Source: a virus (Duplodnaviria > Caudoviricetes). Taken from it: a DNA stretch of 64,000 nt. Where the stretch lies: the IMG/VR virus record IMGVR_UViG_3300037484_000435, positions 288,001-352,000 of that record, one strand, 5' to 3'. Of this stretch, positions 61,938 to 64,000 are shown one piece after another; position 1 is the first letter of the stretch; the number at the start of each line of letters is the position of its first letter. The notes beneath the pieces are model-generated. The model had not been told where the DNA came from. It saw only the letters and a list, made by a program, of their open reading frames with translations, and did not search any database. The position numbers and the translations under genes were made by a program.

Positions 61938-63023
61938 TTAGGGTGTGTACCTATCAATGATTCCCAAGGCTATGAATCGGGCATCGAGGCATGCGAAGCC
62001 TAACTTGGCCCACCCATAAAAGCCTTGTCTCTGACGTCTGTGTAGGTTAGGATCATCGAAGGCCTGATACTCTTGGCGGATCATCATAAGTAATGAAACG
62101 TCAGTCTGATCAAACCCGTAGATCTGTGTCTCGCCAGCAGTTACTAGGCTTCCATTTTCATCCAACACGTTACCATGGGTCAACGCATAGTCGTTGAATT
62201 TGTTGTCACTAGCATTACCAACGAACGGACCAAACTCAGAAGTTCTGTCATTGATATTAAACTTACCCCTGACACCCAAGCAGTTAACGACTCGGAAATT
62301 GATTCCCCAAATACTACCTAAACCAGCAGCAGTGAAGATCTCCCTACGAGTAATTGGATCCACATCGGTATCAGTATACTCTCTGATGTCTGCCATATCT
62401 TCAGGCGAGATCCAGAGAAGGCTAAGATTTCGTCTAGTTCTTTCCATACCAACGATCATACGGTTGATTAGTTCTTTGGAGAAATAACCAGCGGCTGCGT
62501 CACCAGCAGGGAGTTCATAAATTGGAGCAGGCCTTGGGGGAAGAATACCAGCACCTGTGAACGCTGTAGTAGCGGCAGGAATAATGGTTCTCCAACCAGC
62601 CTCTTCCTCATACTCTGCAATAGCCTTGGCTACAGCTTTCTGAGCTTGCTGAGGAATATCCAAACGGCCCTCTTCGGCGTACTTCAGCGGCCAATCTTTC
62701 GCAGCTTGAATCTGGAAAATTGGAATGCTTACTTCGTCCGCCCCGAGTTCCATCTGGTCTTGGGCAACATAACCCAGACTTGGAAGTGTCCAAATGGGGC
62801 TATCAAAATCATCTGCTATCGGAAAAGTTGGCTGTTGTCCTGGAGCCAACCTAATTACCTGAAAAAGGTCCCGCATATACGACTGCTCTTCGACGGCCTT
62901 AAGAATAGGGCCATTTAAAGAGGCAGCGAATGCCCTGTAAGCTCTGTAGCCTTCAGGGGTGTGCATGGCGGCGGTGGCCTTAAACAGTTCGACAGCTTTT
63001 TGCTCTCTTTCTTTTTCAGTCAT
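61938..63023 (-). CDS. Major capsid protein (HK97-fold, inferred)
   Basis: About 361 aa; follows scaffold and decoration genes. It contains the typical segments IPIFQIQAAKDWP, LLWISPEDMADIR, IWGINFRVV and RQRQGFYGWAKLGFACLD. GGAGGT RBS before ATG 63023. Confidence 0.8.
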   Translation of the reverse strand: MTEKEREQKAVELFKATAAMHTPEGYRAYRAFAASLNGPILKAVEEQSYMRDLFQVIRLAPGQQPTFPIADDFDSPIWTLPSLGYVAQDQMELGADEVSIPIFQIQAAKDWPLKYAEEGRLDIPQQAQKAVAKAIAEYEEEAGWRTIIPAATTAFTGAGILPPRPAPIYELPAGDAAAGYFSKELINRMIVGMERTRRNLSLLWISPEDMADIREYTDTDVDPITRREIFTAAGLGSIWGINFRVVNCLGVRGKFNINDRTSEFGPFVGNASDNKFNDYALTHGNVLDENGSLVTAGETQIYGFDQTDVSLLMMIRQEYQAFDDPNLHRRQRQGFYGWAKLGFACLDARFIALGIIDRYTP

Positions 63024-63042
63024 TGTAGTGCCTACCTCCACC

Positions 63043-63570
63043 TTAAATTAATAACAGAATATGCAGTTGTCTTCCCGCGGCTGCTTGCGTGGTAGTACGA
63101 GTATTCATTGCGATAGCAACAGGAACTCCTGAGGCGGTGGTGCCATCAGCACACATGCCCCATCCTGTACTCTTTACTAGTGTTCCACTTGCAGACGCAT
63201 AAAGCACGTCACCTGCATTAATCTGTACATCAGTATCATAAACCGTAGTGGACCATAATCCACCGTGAGCCACTGCCACAGGTCCACCAGGGAACTCGCG
63301 GGTCGTGCCTTTATCACGGGGATGTACTCCACCCCAGGAAATATATCTACGATCATATTCGGAAATAATCTCCTGCATCAGAAGCCCAAATGGACGTTGG
63401 GTACACGCAGTCATACCTTTGACAACTGTCGTTTCTCCATCGCACCCAGCCACCGTAACTACAACACCGGCTGGTAGTATAACTGGACTCCCGGTTACAA
63501 AAGGCGTAGTTTGTGTTCTATCATGCTTGCAAAAAGAATTTTCAAGCACGGGTTGTCTGGCTGTTAACAT
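63043..63570 (-). CDS. Putative capsid decoration / cement protein
   Basis: 175 aa immediately upstream of the MCP; beta-rich, with GLWSTTVYD..INAGDVLYASASGTL..PVAIA, a pattern seen in trimeric decoration proteins. TAATG overlap with the upstream gene. Confidence 0.6.
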   Translation of the reverse strand: MLTARQPVLENSFCKHDRTQTTPFVTGSPVILPAGVVVTVAGCDGETTVVKGMTACTQRPFGLLMQEIISEYDRRYISWGGVHPRDKGTTREFPGGPVAVAHGGLWSTTVYDTDVQINAGDVLYASASGTLVKSTGWGMCADGTTASGVPVAIAMNTRTTTQAAAGRQLHILLLI

Positions 63571-64000
63571 TATTTACTCTCCTCCTTCACTGGCCACATA
63601 ACACTAGCGTACTCCTGAATCAAAGCTTGATCGTCCTCTGGGCTACTAATAGTAGTCTTCAGGTTCAAAGCAGCTAGGTCCTTCTTCAGTTGTATAAGCT
63701 TTGCTGCGGTCATCTTAGCAGATTCTGAATCAGCAACGCTACCATCTACTACTGCGGCTTCATCAGGTTCAACTGGTGTAGCAGGAGTGTCTGTTGCAAC
63801 AACAGGCTCAACTTTTACTACCTCTGGAACAGCTGCGATAGTTGGTGTATCTACCACAGGTGCAACAGGAACGTCAGCCACGACAGGTTCAGGGACTGGA
63901 ACGTCCTTTAACCAGTCTGCCTTAAGAGATTCGAGTTCGGATTTATACTCAGTGTATTCCTCGTCATCCATACCCTTAATTCTAGACTTAAGTCGGTCTG
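63570..64000 (-). CDS. C-terminal part of a putative scaffold / prohead protease protein (5' end outside the window)
   Basis: The frame is open to the window edge (..DRLKSRIKGMDDEEYTEYK..). Acidic, Pro/Val/Ala-rich low-complexity C-terminus; upstream of the decoration and MCP genes. Confidence 0.6.
   Translation of the reverse strand, partial: DRLKSRIKGMDDEEYTEYKSELESLKADWLKDVPVPEPVVADVPVAPVVDTPTIAAVPEVVKVEPVVATDTPATPVEPDEAAVVDGSVADSESAKMTAAKLIQLKKDLAALNLKTTISSPEDDQALIQEYASVMWPVKEESK

Noticed and set aside
44560-63601. Short overlapping ORFs in the right-hand part of the track (e.g. 44560-44886, 53747-54049, 57063-57416, 62194-62487)
   Set aside because: They fully overlap well-supported minus-strand genes and show no independent evidence.
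1-64000. tRNA, rRNA, CRISPR array, integrase or IS element
   Set aside because: None seen. The window is almost fully coding, and the intergenic gaps lack cloverleaf or repeat-spacer structure.

Overview
The window is a contiguous, entirely minus-strand virion morphogenesis region of a very large bacteriophage or prophage. It uses standard genetic code 11 and has strong AGGAGG-type ribosome binding sites. Spanin-like genes point to a diderm host. In transcription order (64000 -> 1) it encodes: scaffold/protease C-terminus, capsid decoration protein, major capsid protein, then an inserted block (LAGLIDADG and HNH endonucleases, holin/NlpC-P60/spanin-like lysis cassette, another LAGLIDADG, response regulator plus PAS histidine kinase), head-tail joining genes, a tail tube protein with no sheath gene, a sulfotransferase, two paralogous tail-assembly chaperones split by two more LAGLIDADG genes, a 44.1-kb single ORF, and the start of a probable baseplate/hub gene. 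The dominant feature is the 14,711-aa ORF. It sits at the tape-measure locus and has a TP901-type tape-measure core at about aa 5650. It also carries, in one chain, a fused beta+beta' two-barrel RNA polymerase (catalytic DFDGD at about aa 1997), an Rnl2-type nucleotidyltransferase/RNA ligase, a LigD 3'-phosphoesterase, an RNase H, several zincin HExxH modules and a DnaJ J-domain. The best candidate for an undescribed system is therefore a virion-delivered 'tape measure + RNA polymerase + nucleic-acid repair + chaperone recruiter' polyprotein. The second candidate is a two-component system embedded next to the lysis genes. All family calls come from reading motifs by eye. No database search was run, and domain boundaries are approximate.
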